A DNA stretch of 57,921 nucleotides from Gemmatimonadaceae bacterium (lineage in GTDB: Bacteria; Gemmatimonadota; Gemmatimonadetes; Gemmatimonadales; Gemmatimonadaceae). Where the stretch lies: assembly GCA_039928585.1 (NCBI GenBank), contig JBDSSY010000034.1, forward strand, positions 1 through 57,921, in the 5' to 3' direction. The notes beneath the pieces are model-generated. The model saw only the letters and a program-made list of their open reading frames with translations. It searched no databases and was not told where the DNA came from. A program made the translations under genes and the position numbers. Positions 37,345 through 46,828 of the stretch are shown in pieces. Position 1 is the first letter of the stretch; each line of letters opens with the position of its first letter.

Positions 37345-38781
37345 ATGCATCGCACTCCATTCAGTCTCGTCGCGTGCCTTCGGTGCGCGCCCGCACTGGT
37401 AACGCTCATCGTCGCCCTGATGCTCGACGCGCCCGGTGCGCACGCACAGGTCCGTGAGCGTCCAGTGTCGTTCGACAGCGCGGGACGCATCACCGTCATC
37501 ACGCCGCCGCTCGCGGCGCGACTCGGGCTCGTTGCACCTGCTTGGCCCGTGTCCGGCGATTTTCTCGACGCACGATTGTATCAGCGCGGTGATTCTACCC
37601 TGAGCTACGTGCTCGTCGTCCGCCGACAGCGTGACGACGTCGACCGGTTCCCGCTCGACGCCGGCCGCCGGGCCGAACTGGCGTCTGCCATCGCGCGCGC
37701 CACCATGCTCGCACGCACCTCGAATCAACCGGATAGTCTGCCCACCTTCATCTCCGAGCCGGTTCGCGGACAGTTCGTCGCGAGCCAGACGGCACTCGGT
37801 GCACTGCTGTTCGGGCCGGCGGCAGCAGCCATGATCGGTGATGCCGCCGGAAGCACTGCCGCGTACCTGCTCGTCGCGGGCGGAACGTTCTTCACGGCCG
37901 CTCGGCTCACGCAGACAACGCCGGTGTCGCGCGCACAGAATCATCTTGCCAGCCACAGTGCCGTGCGTGGCGCGATCGCCGCGAACCTCGCGTTGTACGC
38001 GCTCTCGGGAGAGGGCGGTGGCGACAAGGGCTACGCAGCCGCCACCCTGATCGGAGGCATCGCCGGGGACATCGCGGGATTCCAGATCGCGAAGCCGATG
38101 ACCGATGCAGAGGCGCATGGCACCGCACATGGGTCCACGGTGACCGCGCTCCTCACCACAGGCCTGCTCGGCACCTTCGGCGCCCTGAACGGGGAACGCA
38201 ATTCCCGTGTGTCGGCCGTCGGCATCATCGGAGCTGGCGTGCTCGGCTACCCGCTCGGACTGCGCTATGTGCGTGGCGCCCCATATCGCGTCACGGCCGG
38301 CGACATCGGCGCCCTGTTCACCGGCGAGCTGCTGGGACTCGGTGCCGCGGCATCGTTCCTCCCCGACAGTCCGTCGCGGGAGTTGGTATTCGGCGCGCTG
38401 ACTGCGGGGTACGCACTCGGCGCGCTCGCCGGTGACCGATTCTTCGTCCGCCCATTCGATCACACCGAGTCGGACGCCCGGCTCCTGGGGCTCGGCACCG
38501 CTGCTGGCGCAGTGATGGGATTGGCGGTTCCCGTACTCGCGCAATCGAACAACCCACAGGTCATCTTCGCTACAGCGACGATCGGCGGCATCCTTGGCGC
38601 ACTGCTCACCGAAAATCTCATCGCGCCGCAACGCGCGAGCGCCGGCACGAATCAGAGGGAGCGGCGCTCCGGTTCGTTGGGACGCTCATCACGCGTCGCC
38701 GTTCGCGTTTCCGCCGAGAGCGCGCTGTTCGCAGGCGCCGGACTGCGAGGCAATCATTCGATCCTCGCGCTGACGTTCTGA
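37345..38781 (+). CDS. hypothetical polytopic membrane protein (Gly/Ala-rich TM helices)
   Basis: This is the C-terminal part of track ORF 37072..38781, starting at MHRTPFSLVACLRCAPALVTLIVALMLDAPGAHAQ. A roughly 130-aa soluble N-domain is followed by many GxxxG/A-rich hydrophobic segments. Confidence 0.65.
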   Translation: MHRTPFSLVACLRCAPALVTLIVALMLDAPGAHAQVRERPVSFDSAGRITVITPPLAARLGLVAPAWPVSGDFLDARLYQRGDSTLSYVLVVRRQRDDVDRFPLDAGRRAELASAIARATMLARTSNQPDSLPTFISEPVRGQFVASQTALGALLFGPAAAAMIGDAAGSTAAYLLVAGGTFFTAARLTQTTPVSRAQNHLASHSAVRGAIAANLALYALSGEGGGDKGYAAATLIGGIAGDIAGFQIAKPMTDAEAHGTAHGSTVTALLTTGLLGTFGALNGERNSRVSAVGIIGAGVLGYPLGLRYVRGAPYRVTAGDIGALFTGELLGLGAAASFLPDSPSRELVFGALTAGYALGALAGDRFFVRPFDHTESDARLLGLGTAAGAVMGLAVPVLAQSNNPQVIFATATIGGILGALLTENLIAPQRASAGTNQRERRSGSLGRSSRVAVRVSAESALFAGAGLRGNHSILALTF

Positions 38782-38822
38782 GCGGTCAGCCTGGCCTCGC
38801 TCGCGATGCGACGCGTGGCCGT

Positions 38823-40559
38823 TCAGTAGCCGGCCGCGCCAGCGTCCCGGTCGCGCGTATCGGCCGCGCCCTGCCGCGCGCCGGTCTGCGGATCCACGCG
38901 AATGGAGTGCGCCGTTCCCTGCACACCAATCCAGGTGATGGGGTAACCCGCCAGCTTGAGGGTGTCGATCGTGGCCTGCGGCAATCCGTTCTGCTCGATG
39001 AACAGTCGGTCGGGAAGCCACTGATGGTGGAATCGCTTGGCATTGACCGCCTCGCGGATCCCCATGTTGAACTCTACCTGGTTGAGGATTACCTGGAGCA
39101 CGGTGTTGATGATCGTGCGGCCGCCCGGACTGCCGACGACGGCGAACAGCTTGCCCTGTTGCGTGACGATGGTAGGCGTCATGCTCGACAGCATGCGCTT
39201 GCCGGGCCGCGCGAGGTTCGCATCGGTGCCGATCAGTCCCGTGGTGTCGGTGACGCCCGGCTTGCCGTTGAAGTCGCCCATCTCGTTGTTGAGCAGGAAA
39301 CCGCCGCCGGGCACCACGGCGCCGAGCCCGTACCCGTTCTCGAGCGTGTACGTCACCGACACCGCCATCCCGTCGGCGTCCACCACCGAGTAATGCGTGG
39401 TCTGGTCGCTCTCGACACGTTGCGCTACATCAGTCGGCATGGAGATCGACGCGCGGCCCGGAAAGATCGTGCGCCGCTGCGCCGCGGCGTACGCCTTGCT
39501 CGTGAGTTTCTCCACTGGAGCCGTCGTGAACTCCGGATCGCCGAGATACCGCGCCCGGTCGACGAACGCGCGGCGCATTGCCTCTGTCACGAGATGCACG
39601 TAGCGCGGTGAGTCGTGCCCGTTCACCTGGAGCGGGAATCCTTCCAGGATGTTGAGCATCTCCACCAGTGCAATGCCACCCGAGCTCGGCGGCGGCATGG
39701 AGATGACCTCGTAGCCGCGATAGGTGCCCGTGATCGGCGCGCGCTCCTTCGCCTCGTAGCGCGCGAGGTCGGCTTCGGTGATCAATCCGCCGTTGCGTCG
39801 CATGTCGTCGGCGATCAGCCGCGCCGTCGTGCCCTTGTAGAATCCGTCGCGCCCGTCGTCGCGCACGCGTGCGAGGGCCTGCGCGAGATCGGGTTGACGC
39901 AGCGTGTCGCCTTCGGCGTATGGACGCCCGCTCCGGGAGTACGCCGCGACGCTGGCGGGATACGCTTTAAGGCTGCCGTCGATCGCGCCGGCCAGTGATT
40001 GCGCGAGGCCGGGCGTGACGGCGAATCCGCTGCCGGCGAGGCGCACCGCCGGTTCGACGAGCCGCGACCACTTCGCGTTCCCGTATTTCCGGTGCGCCAG
40101 CTCGAAACCGGCCACCGTGCCCGGCACGCCGACGGACCGGTGACTGTCATGATGGATCGTCTCCGAGTAGTTGCCGGCGGAATCGAGGAACATCGTGGGC
40201 GTCGCCGCCTGCGGCGCCATTTCGCGAAAATCGATCGTCGTCGCTCGGCCATCGGGCAGGCGGATCACCATGAATCCCCCGCCGCCGATGTTGCCGGCCA
40301 CCGGATACGTCACCGCGAGGGCGAAGCCCGTTGCGATAGCCGCGTCCACCGCGTTGCCGCCCGATGCCAGGACATCGCGTCCCACGGCGCTCGCGATTGC
40401 GCTCGCCGACACCACCATGCCGCGTGGCGCCGATACGGTGGGGCCGGCCACCATCTCCGCGGCTGGCACCTTCCCGCCGCCGAACGGCGTGCACGCCGTG
40501 GCGACGAGCATGGCCGCCATGAAGGCCGCGCGCGGAATACTGGAGTTCAGCTGACGCAT
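38823..40559 (-). CDS. ggt: gamma-glutamyltransferase
   Basis: 578 aa with a signal/lipoprotein N-terminus. Motifs seen: GGNAVDAAIA, GGGGFMVI, TTHYSVVD, the autoprocessing context LSSMTPTIV, and GSPGG..II. Confidence 0.93.
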   Translation of the reverse strand: MRQLNSSIPRAAFMAAMLVATACTPFGGGKVPAAEMVAGPTVSAPRGMVVSASAIASAVGRDVLASGGNAVDAAIATGFALAVTYPVAGNIGGGGFMVIRLPDGRATTIDFREMAPQAATPTMFLDSAGNYSETIHHDSHRSVGVPGTVAGFELAHRKYGNAKWSRLVEPAVRLAGSGFAVTPGLAQSLAGAIDGSLKAYPASVAAYSRSGRPYAEGDTLRQPDLAQALARVRDDGRDGFYKGTTARLIADDMRRNGGLITEADLARYEAKERAPITGTYRGYEVISMPPPSSGGIALVEMLNILEGFPLQVNGHDSPRYVHLVTEAMRRAFVDRARYLGDPEFTTAPVEKLTSKAYAAAQRRTIFPGRASISMPTDVAQRVESDQTTHYSVVDADGMAVSVTYTLENGYGLGAVVPGGGFLLNNEMGDFNGKPGVTDTTGLIGTDANLARPGKRMLSSMTPTIVTQQGKLFAVVGSPGGRTIINTVLQVILNQVEFNMGIREAVNAKRFHHQWLPDRLFIEQNGLPQATIDTLKLAGYPITWIGVQGTAHSIRVDPQTGARQGAADTRDRDAGAAGY

Positions 40560-40750
40560 GTGAGACCTCGGAGGGATGTCGAACTCAGGGAAAGGTACGG
40601 CCGGCGCCTGCGCCGCGGCCAGCGCGATGGCGTTGATCGGGGTTCACGAGAGACACGGGCACGCCGGCCCAGTGGCCGGAAACGTGGAGTGTTGCGACGC
40701 CCGCCCCCGACGGTATGATTGGCCAGACGTCATCCCTTCCCGGGAAAGCC

Positions 40751-41608
40751 ATGTCGAATCGTTCGTCGATGGTGAGCCTGTTGCTGCTACCGATACTGGT
40801 CGCCATGGCCTCGTCCGTTGCAGCTGCACAGTGCGACACGACCGCGGGTGGTTCCATCCGGATCGCCGGCCGCGTGGTCGACGCGCGCGCCCTCACGCCT
40901 GTTCGCGCGCGCGTGCTGATCACCACCGGCAACGATACACTGTCGGCGCTCGACGCTGATTCCTCGGGGTTCTTCGTCACCACGCTGTGCCGGCGTACCG
41001 CCGTCGTGGCGAACTTTCGGCGGTCGGGCTATCGCCCGGATTCGCTCGCATTGTCGCTCGAGGTGCTGCTCGATACGCTGCATTGGACGCCGTTGGATGT
41101 GGCGATGACACCTTTGACCCAGACGCCGGCACTTTCGCTCGCCTCCGCGCGCGTCGCCACGCCAGCCACTATCGCGGCACGCACGCGTCGCGGCGGCGGA
41201 CTCTACATCGGCCGGGAGGAAATCGAGCGCGTGAATGCCACGCGCACCTCCGAACTCTTGCGCGGCCGGCGCGGCATCACGCTCGAGAGTAGTGGCAACG
41301 GACCTCGCGTCGTCTCGACACGCAGTGGACGGCCGCGTGAGGCGGGGGGTTCGACGGCGGATGTGGCGGCAAACTCAGAAATCCCGCTGCGGCCCACCAA
41401 CGAAGCGTGTCCGCTCCGAATTGGCGTCGACGGATATCTCATGGCCGAAGACTTTCGCATCGACGAGCTGGAACCCGGGGATCTGCTGGCGATCGAGATC
41501 TATCCCAGCGCCACCTCGATGCCGCTCGAGTTCACCGCCGTGCGCCGAAGCAAGGTGTGCGGACTGGTCATGTTCTGGTCGAGCAGCAGCAAGGCTCCGT
41601 CATCATGA
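40751..41608 (+). CDS. CarboxypepD_reg-like plus TonB-plug-like domain protein without a barrel
   Basis: ORF 40715..41608, starting at MSNRSSMVSLLLLPILVAMASSVAAAQ. IRIAGRVVDA...GFF is CarboxypepD_reg-like. LYIGREEIERVNATRTSELLRG..GITL and the C-terminus DLLAIEIYPSATSMPLEF...CGLVMFWS are plug-like. Confidence 0.72.
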   Translation: MSNRSSMVSLLLLPILVAMASSVAAAQCDTTAGGSIRIAGRVVDARALTPVRARVLITTGNDTLSALDADSSGFFVTTLCRRTAVVANFRRSGYRPDSLALSLEVLLDTLHWTPLDVAMTPLTQTPALSLASARVATPATIAARTRRGGGLYIGREEIERVNATRTSELLRGRRGITLESSGNGPRVVSTRSGRPREAGGSTADVAANSEIPLRPTNEACPLRIGVDGYLMAEDFRIDELEPGDLLAIEIYPSATSMPLEFTAVRRSKVCGLVMFWSSSSKAPSS

Positions 41609-43329
41609 TGCTCCCCCGGCGATGCGTTTGGCTCATCGCCGCGTTGCTCGTCACACCGCACACTGATGCGCATGCGCAGTCCGTCCGCGGCACGGTCTCC
41701 GGCGGCGGCATGCGCGTGGAAGGAGCGATCGTCCTCCTCGTCGACTCCGCCGGTCGTGTCGTCGCGCGGAGTGCATCGCGTGAGAGCGGTGCCTTCTCGC
41801 TCGCTGCCGAGCGCGCTGGACGCCATACCCTGAGAGTGCTGCGCATCGGGTTCGCCCCCACGGTCGTCGGTCCGGTGCGACTCGCCATCGGTGCGCCCTT
41901 CCCGCTCGACGTGACGCTCACCGGTGCGCCCATGCGCATCGCCGAGTTGCGCATCGTGGATCGCGCGCCGTGCGAGGTGCGGCCGGACTCGGACGCCGTG
42001 GCGTTCCGGCTGTGGGACGAAGCGCGGAAGGCCTTGCTCGCCACCACGCTGACACAGCACGATCAGCTCACCATGCGCACCGGCTCCACGCAACGTACGC
42101 TCGACGCCGGGGACGAGCGCGTGCTCGCGGAGTCCACTACCGTGCGCACCATCCCCACGGTGCGGCCCTTCGCGAGCCTGACGCCCGACTCGCTCATCGT
42201 CGCTGGATATGTGCAACGCAACGCACTCGGCGAGACGATCTATTGGGCGCCCGATGCGGACGTGCTGCTCTCCGAATCGTTCGCGTCCACACACTGCCTG
42301 CGCCCCGAACGCGCTCGGGAGCAGACGGGAGAGGCATCGCGCTGGATCGGCATCGCCTTCCTGCCGAGCGGACCCGCTCGCGGAGTGGCCGACGTGGAGG
42401 GTGTGCTCTGGCTGGACGCCAATACCGCGGAGCTGCGCCGGCTGGACTATCGGTACGTGCGCGTCCCCGACGACACGCGGCTCGCCGAGCGGGTCCAGGC
42501 CGGTGGCCGTGTGGAGTTCCTGCGCCTGCCGACGGGTGGATGGATCGTCTCGCGCTGGTCTATTCGTTATCCGCTCGTGCGCAGCGCCGCGCCCCGCCTG
42601 ACGTCGGTTATCCCCGGCGCGCGACGCGAGGCGCCCACGTCGGGCGTGGAGCTGGCCGGCATCAGGATCACCAGTGGCGAGGTGGCGGAGGTCCGACGTG
42701 GCGTGCGCACGATATGGGAACGAGGACGCGTCGGGTACCGCGTGCAGGTGGTGGACGCCGGGCAGCAGAGGCCACTGACCGAGAGCAGCGTGGTGATGGA
42801 CGACTCACCCGATACCGCGACGACAGGTGTGGATGGCGTCGCGCTCTTCCCGCGCGTGCGACCCGGCGCACACCGCGTGACCGTCCGTACCGCGACGATG
42901 CGACTGCTCGGCGTCTCGCCGACCGATGTCGGCGTGACGGTACCCGACCAGCAGGACGCACCGCACGTCATCGAGGTGCCGCACGCGAGTGTGCTGTTGA
43001 GCCAGGCGTGCGGTGCTCGCGTCGTGGCACGACGCGAGTCGCTGCTGCGCGGCTCGCTCCGCACATCGGCGCTCCCGGTGGCCGACACGCGCGTGGAGGC
43101 ATCGTGGCCGGCCCACTTCACCAGGCTCGGTGGCGGCGCACCCATCATCCTTCCGCGCACGCTGGTGGCGACGACCAACGCGCGCGGCGAATTTACGATG
43201 TGCGGGTTGCCGCGCGGCGTGGTGGTGTCGTTGCGTGCGGTGCGCGGGCGACCCGGTGATGCGACGACCACCGTGACAATCCCCACGTCTGCCGTGGCAG
43301 CAGAGCAATCGCTCCTGGTGGAACCGTGA
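41605..43329 (+). CDS. carboxypeptidase regulatory-like domain-containing secreted protein
   Basis: This is the C-terminal part of track ORF 41407..43329, starting at MMLPRRCVWLIAALLVTPHTDAHAQSVRGTVSGGG.RVEGAIVLLVDSAGRVV. There are at least two further CarboxypepD_reg-like segments. ATG 41605 overlaps the upstream TGA (ATGA). Confidence 0.72.
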   Translation: MMLPRRCVWLIAALLVTPHTDAHAQSVRGTVSGGGMRVEGAIVLLVDSAGRVVARSASRESGAFSLAAERAGRHTLRVLRIGFAPTVVGPVRLAIGAPFPLDVTLTGAPMRIAELRIVDRAPCEVRPDSDAVAFRLWDEARKALLATTLTQHDQLTMRTGSTQRTLDAGDERVLAESTTVRTIPTVRPFASLTPDSLIVAGYVQRNALGETIYWAPDADVLLSESFASTHCLRPERAREQTGEASRWIGIAFLPSGPARGVADVEGVLWLDANTAELRRLDYRYVRVPDDTRLAERVQAGGRVEFLRLPTGGWIVSRWSIRYPLVRSAAPRLTSVIPGARREAPTSGVELAGIRITSGEVAEVRRGVRTIWERGRVGYRVQVVDAGQQRPLTESSVVMDDSPDTATTGVDGVALFPRVRPGAHRVTVRTATMRLLGVSPTDVGVTVPDQQDAPHVIEVPHASVLLSQACGARVVARRESLLRGSLRTSALPVADTRVEASWPAHFTRLGGGAPIILPRTLVATTNARGEFTMCGLPRGVVVSLRAVRGRPGDATTTVTIPTSAVAAEQSLLVEP

Positions 43330-43369
43330 GAGGCGTCCGCTCTCTCCGCCTTCACCGTATCTTTCGCGC

Positions 43370-43960
43370 GTGAGCCTTTTCGATCGCGTTCGTACGCTGC
43401 TTGGCGGGGCCGGCGAATCCGCCGAGCTGTTTTCCGTGCGCGGATTCACCGTGATGGTCGAGAACACGCGGCCCGACATCGAGACCGCCGCCGTGGTGCG
43501 ACGGCTCGACGAGGCGCTCGCGCTCATCGCCACCTGCCAGCCCTGGCGCTTTGCGCATCTGGTGCGCGACGTGGAGCGGTTCTGGATCGTGCGCTATCCC
43601 TGCCGTGGCGCATTCTTTCCCGACACGCGCACCTGCATGACGGAGCTCACTTTCCTCGCACGAACCGACATCACGGCCGCACCGGTGGCGTCGTCGATCC
43701 TGCATGAAGGGATGCACGCCCGCGTGCACGCAATGGGCGTGTCGCCGGTGGATCGCGACATGGCGCACGAGGAGCGCATCTGCCGTCGTGCCGAGCTGGC
43801 GTTCGGATTCTCCCTGCCGGCCGAACTCGGCCGACCGGTGATCGAGCGTGCCGAGGCGAGCCTGCAGCTCGGCGATGCGGAAGTGGCGCCGGCGATCGAC
43901 TGGAGCGAAGCGCGACGTCGACAGGACGCGGTAGATTCCGCCGCGCGGCAGCGGCCATGA
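43370..43960 (+). CDS. hypothetical cytoplasmic protein with an HExxH motif
   Basis: 196 aa with a GTG start and no signal peptide. It contains SSILHEGMHARVH, a possible zinc-metallopeptidase HExxH. I recognise no family. Confidence 0.6.
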   Translation: MSLFDRVRTLLGGAGESAELFSVRGFTVMVENTRPDIETAAVVRRLDEALALIATCQPWRFAHLVRDVERFWIVRYPCRGAFFPDTRTCMTELTFLARTDITAAPVASSILHEGMHARVHAMGVSPVDRDMAHEERICRRAELAFGFSLPAELGRPVIERAEASLQLGDAEVAPAIDWSEARRRQDAVDSAARQRP

Positions 43961-43962
43961 AT

Positions 43963-44003
43963 TTTTGCGTTCATGGTTCACGGTTCACGGTTCACGGTTC
44001 CCC
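43963..44003 (+). repeat. conserved leader motif TTTTGCGTTCAT followed by (GGTTCAC)x3 and GGTTCCC, abutting the start codon of the next gene
   Basis: The heptads were read directly at 43975-81, 43982-88 and 43989-95, with a degenerate one at 43996-44002. The ATG is at 44004. The same 33-nt consensus recurs at 56843-56875. Confidence 0.85.
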
Positions 44004-44420
44004 ATGAGATTCACTCCGCGACGACTGCTCACCTCTTTCCTGCTTGTCGCTGGTGCGTGCCGCGGCGCGACCAATCCGGATCCGCTCGTCGGGACATTCC
44101 TCGCGACGACTTTCGAGTCGGCGGCGTTGGGGCAGGGCGCGGTGAACGTGCTCGCCCAAGGCGGAACACTGGGCGTGAACGTGGCCAACAACTTCGTCAC
44201 GGTCGGTACGCTGATCGTCCCGGCCGTCGTGAACGGCGGGGTGACATTCACGGCGAGCCTGGCCGGAACCGTGGTGCGCACAGACAGCACCGTCCGGTTC
44301 AACCTTCCGGCCGATAGCTTCGTGCGCGACCTCACCTTCACGCTCACCCGAAACCGGCTCGAGGCGCGGAATCAGAGCGTGAGCGGCACCACGTACGATA
44401 TCGTACTCACCCGGCAGTAG
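44004..44420 (+). CDS. hypothetical lipoprotein
   Basis: ORF 43965..44420. MRFTPRRLLTSFLLVAGAC has a lipobox, and the mature part is beta-rich. An in-frame TTG at 43965 upstream of the heptads is an alternative start. Confidence 0.68.
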   Translation: MRFTPRRLLTSFLLVAGACRGATNPDPLVGTFLATTFESAALGQGAVNVLAQGGTLGVNVANNFVTVGTLIVPAVVNGGVTFTASLAGTVVRTDSTVRFNLPADSFVRDLTFTLTRNRLEARNQSVSGTTYDIVLTRQ

Positions 44421-44460
44421 GCGCGCTCCGTCCGCACCGCTGACGGTTGTCGACAGCCGA

Positions 44461-45990
44461 TCACCGCAGCACGAACCCTGGATCGAGGGCCGGTCGCTGT
44501 GGTGAGTTGCCCGCGATCCAACCCGTCATGTACATCCATTGCGTGATGCGGGTGAGCTTGCGGATGTCGATCGTCTTCGGCTCGTCGCGCGGCGTGTGAT
44601 AGTCCTGATGCAGGTTGCTCGAGAAGAACAGTGCCGGCACACCACGTTCTGCGTACGGCACGTGGTCGCTGCGGAAGTACCAGCCTTCCGGATGCGTCGG
44701 CCGATCCCAGAGCGAATCGATCGCGAACCGCGACGTCGCCCTGTTGGCATCGATCGCCATCTGCACGAGTGCGGCCGAGTTCCGGTGAGGTGGTTGAGAG
44801 CCCAGCAGCGCCGCCGTGTCGGGGTGATTGCGGCCCAGCATGTCACCATTGAGTACGGCGACGATACGCTCGAGCGGCACCACCGGATGTGCGACGTGAT
44901 AGCGGGAGCCTAGTAGCCCGCGTTCTTCCGCGCCGTGAAAGATGAACAGGGCTGACCGGGCGCTTGGGCGCTTCACCCAGGCGCGGGCGATCGCGAGCAC
45001 TGCCACGCTGGTCGTTGCATTGTCGTCGGCGCCGTTCCAGATGGAATCGCCTGCCACCGTGTAGCGCACGCCATCATGATCCTGGTGTGAGCTGAACACC
45101 ACGTACTCGTCGCGAAGCGAGGGATCCGTGCCGCGCACCTCGCCAATGACGTTCACCGAGGGATACTCGAAGCTCTCGGCGCGCAGCCTGATGTCCACGC
45201 GCTGTCCGTCGGTTCGCCATTCATTCAGCGACCCGCGACGAACGAACAGCACGGGCACGGACGCGGACGGAGCCGTCGGTAGTGCTGCTGCAGGCGTGCC
45301 GGCCACGGGGGCCCGCGTGAATCGCGGCACCCCGCCGATCACATCGTACGTGCCGCGCGACTGCACGCGAGCCACGGCGTCGAACGCCAGGTCGGCAATC
45401 GAGTCAGCGATGACGATCACGGCCGCCGCGCCGCGTCGCGTGAGGGCGTTGGCCATCGCCGTGATGGCTGGTCGCGTGTAGTTGTACTCGTAGGTGTTCG
45501 TCGTGGAGCGAATGGCCGCAGCGGGTGGCGCTACCAGCGTGGCGATGGCGATCCGCCCGCGAACGTCCACGCTGGTATCGCGCGCCTCGCCGACGAACAC
45601 CGTCGTCCCGGCGACATCGGCCGCCGCGTTCGTGGCCGGCGCGATGTCCGTCCACAGCGCGAGCGGACGTCCGTCCCGGCTCACCGAGCTGGAAAGTGTG
45701 GAGACGCGGGTGCGCCGCATGTTCCACCACTGGAACCAGCTGCCCAGGTCACCCTTCGGCCGGAGACCGATCTTTCGCATCTCCTCCGCCGACCACATCG
45801 ACGCGCGCATCTCGTCGATCGTACCAGCCTCGCGACCGCGCATCGCGTCGCCTGCCATCGCGTTCAGGTCGCGGCTGATGTCCTGTTCCCGAATGGCGCG
45901 CATGGCTGCGGGCGGCGTGATGGTGCGCTGCGCGCCGAGCGGCGCGGTGGCCGCGAGCAGGTGCAGGATGAGAACGGGTAGACGACGCAT
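44461..45990 (-). CDS. M28 family metallopeptidase
   Basis: ORF 44461..46041(-). I start at MRRLPVLILHLLAATAPLGAQ (signal peptide). Motifs seen: FSSHQDHDG, FHGAEERGLLGSRYH, LNGDMLG and YHTPRDE. Confidence 0.88.
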   Translation of the reverse strand: MRRLPVLILHLLAATAPLGAQRTITPPAAMRAIREQDISRDLNAMAGDAMRGREAGTIDEMRASMWSAEEMRKIGLRPKGDLGSWFQWWNMRRTRVSTLSSSVSRDGRPLALWTDIAPATNAAADVAGTTVFVGEARDTSVDVRGRIAIATLVAPPAAAIRSTTNTYEYNYTRPAITAMANALTRRGAAAVIVIADSIADLAFDAVARVQSRGTYDVIGGVPRFTRAPVAGTPAAALPTAPSASVPVLFVRRGSLNEWRTDGQRVDIRLRAESFEYPSVNVIGEVRGTDPSLRDEYVVFSSHQDHDGVRYTVAGDSIWNGADDNATTSVAVLAIARAWVKRPSARSALFIFHGAEERGLLGSRYHVAHPVVPLERIVAVLNGDMLGRNHPDTAALLGSQPPHRNSAALVQMAIDANRATSRFAIDSLWDRPTHPEGWYFRSDHVPYAERGVPALFFSSNLHQDYHTPRDEPKTIDIRKLTRITQWMYMTGWIAGNSPQRPALDPGFVLR

Positions 45991-46101
45991 TGGCCGACCG
46001 GTGTCGTGAGGAGGGTGCGGAACGATTGTCGAAGATATCACCGTGCTCGAGCAGTCTGGGTCGTTGATGTCGGCGGCGTGCGTGTCGCGCGAACGAACTC
46101 G

Positions 46102-46812
46102 CTACGCCAGCTCCAGCAGCAGCGACAGCGGCCGGCCGGTATCCGGATGGATCGGCTCGTCGAGGCGGTCCACAACCAGATGCGCGTCGCGGGCCACGGT
46201 GACCCACGACCCTGTCTTCCGGAAGTACCACGGCATCGGCGTGCCGAAGGTCTCGCCGAACGCGCTCCAGGTTTCGGTGCGCCATCCGTCGTCGTACGGG
46301 CCGTCGCCCACTGCCGCCCACGGATGAACGGTCTGTACGAGAATCACGCCGGATGCCGGGAGTCGCTTGGCGAGCGCGCCGAGGAGTGGTCCTACCCGGT
46401 CGTCGAGCAGGGCAAAGTTGCAGACGATGAGATCGAACGGGCCCGCCATGACCGAGACATCATTCACGAGTTGTTCGTAGGTGACGCACGCGTAATCGCC
46501 CGAGTCGTGTGCCGCGCGCGCGGCGTCGATCAGCGGTGCGCTCGCATCGATGCCGGTCGCGATCGCGCCCTCCTTTTCCAGATCGCGCACCAGCCATCCT
46601 TCGCCGCAGCCCACGTCGAGCACGCGGAGGCCGACACGTCCGTCCATCACGCGCCGGCACGCCGAGAGGATCGCCGCATCGGTCGCCGCGAGACGGCTGG
46701 GGATCGCCTGCTCTCGAACCGCCCTCGTCCACGCGCGGGCGTTGCGCTCCCAGCTCGTGCGGAGCGCGCGACGGTGCACGTCGCCCTGGGTGTCCAGCTC
46801 CGCGACGGTCAC
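46102..46812 (-). CDS. class I SAM-dependent methyltransferase
   Basis: 236 aa. Motif I is RVLDVGCGEGWL. The post-I motif is GIDAS and motif II is FDLIVCNFAL. Confidence 0.85.
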   Translation of the reverse strand: MTVAELDTQGDVHRRALRTSWERNARAWTRAVREQAIPSRLAATDAAILSACRRVMDGRVGLRVLDVGCGEGWLVRDLEKEGAIATGIDASAPLIDAARAAHDSGDYACVTYEQLVNDVSVMAGPFDLIVCNFALLDDRVGPLLGALAKRLPASGVILVQTVHPWAAVGDGPYDDGWRTETWSAFGETFGTPMPWYFRKTGSWVTVARDAHLVVDRLDEPIHPDTGRPLSLLLELA

Positions 46813-46828
46813 ACGAAATGTCCGGCGT

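Noticed and set aside
43963-44003. Reading the heptads as ECF-sigma -35 boxes (GTGAACC on the minus strand)
   Set aside because: At both loci the gene to the left is on the + strand and ends there, so there is no minus-strand gene to drive. The motif polarity follows the downstream + strand lipoprotein genes.
43973-44317. Alternative ORF starting at the ATG inside the motif (ATGGTTCACGG.., 114 aa)
   Set aside because: It is out of frame with the lipoprotein ORF. Its translation is Arg-rich with no signal peptide or motif. The in-frame ORF has a clean lipobox.
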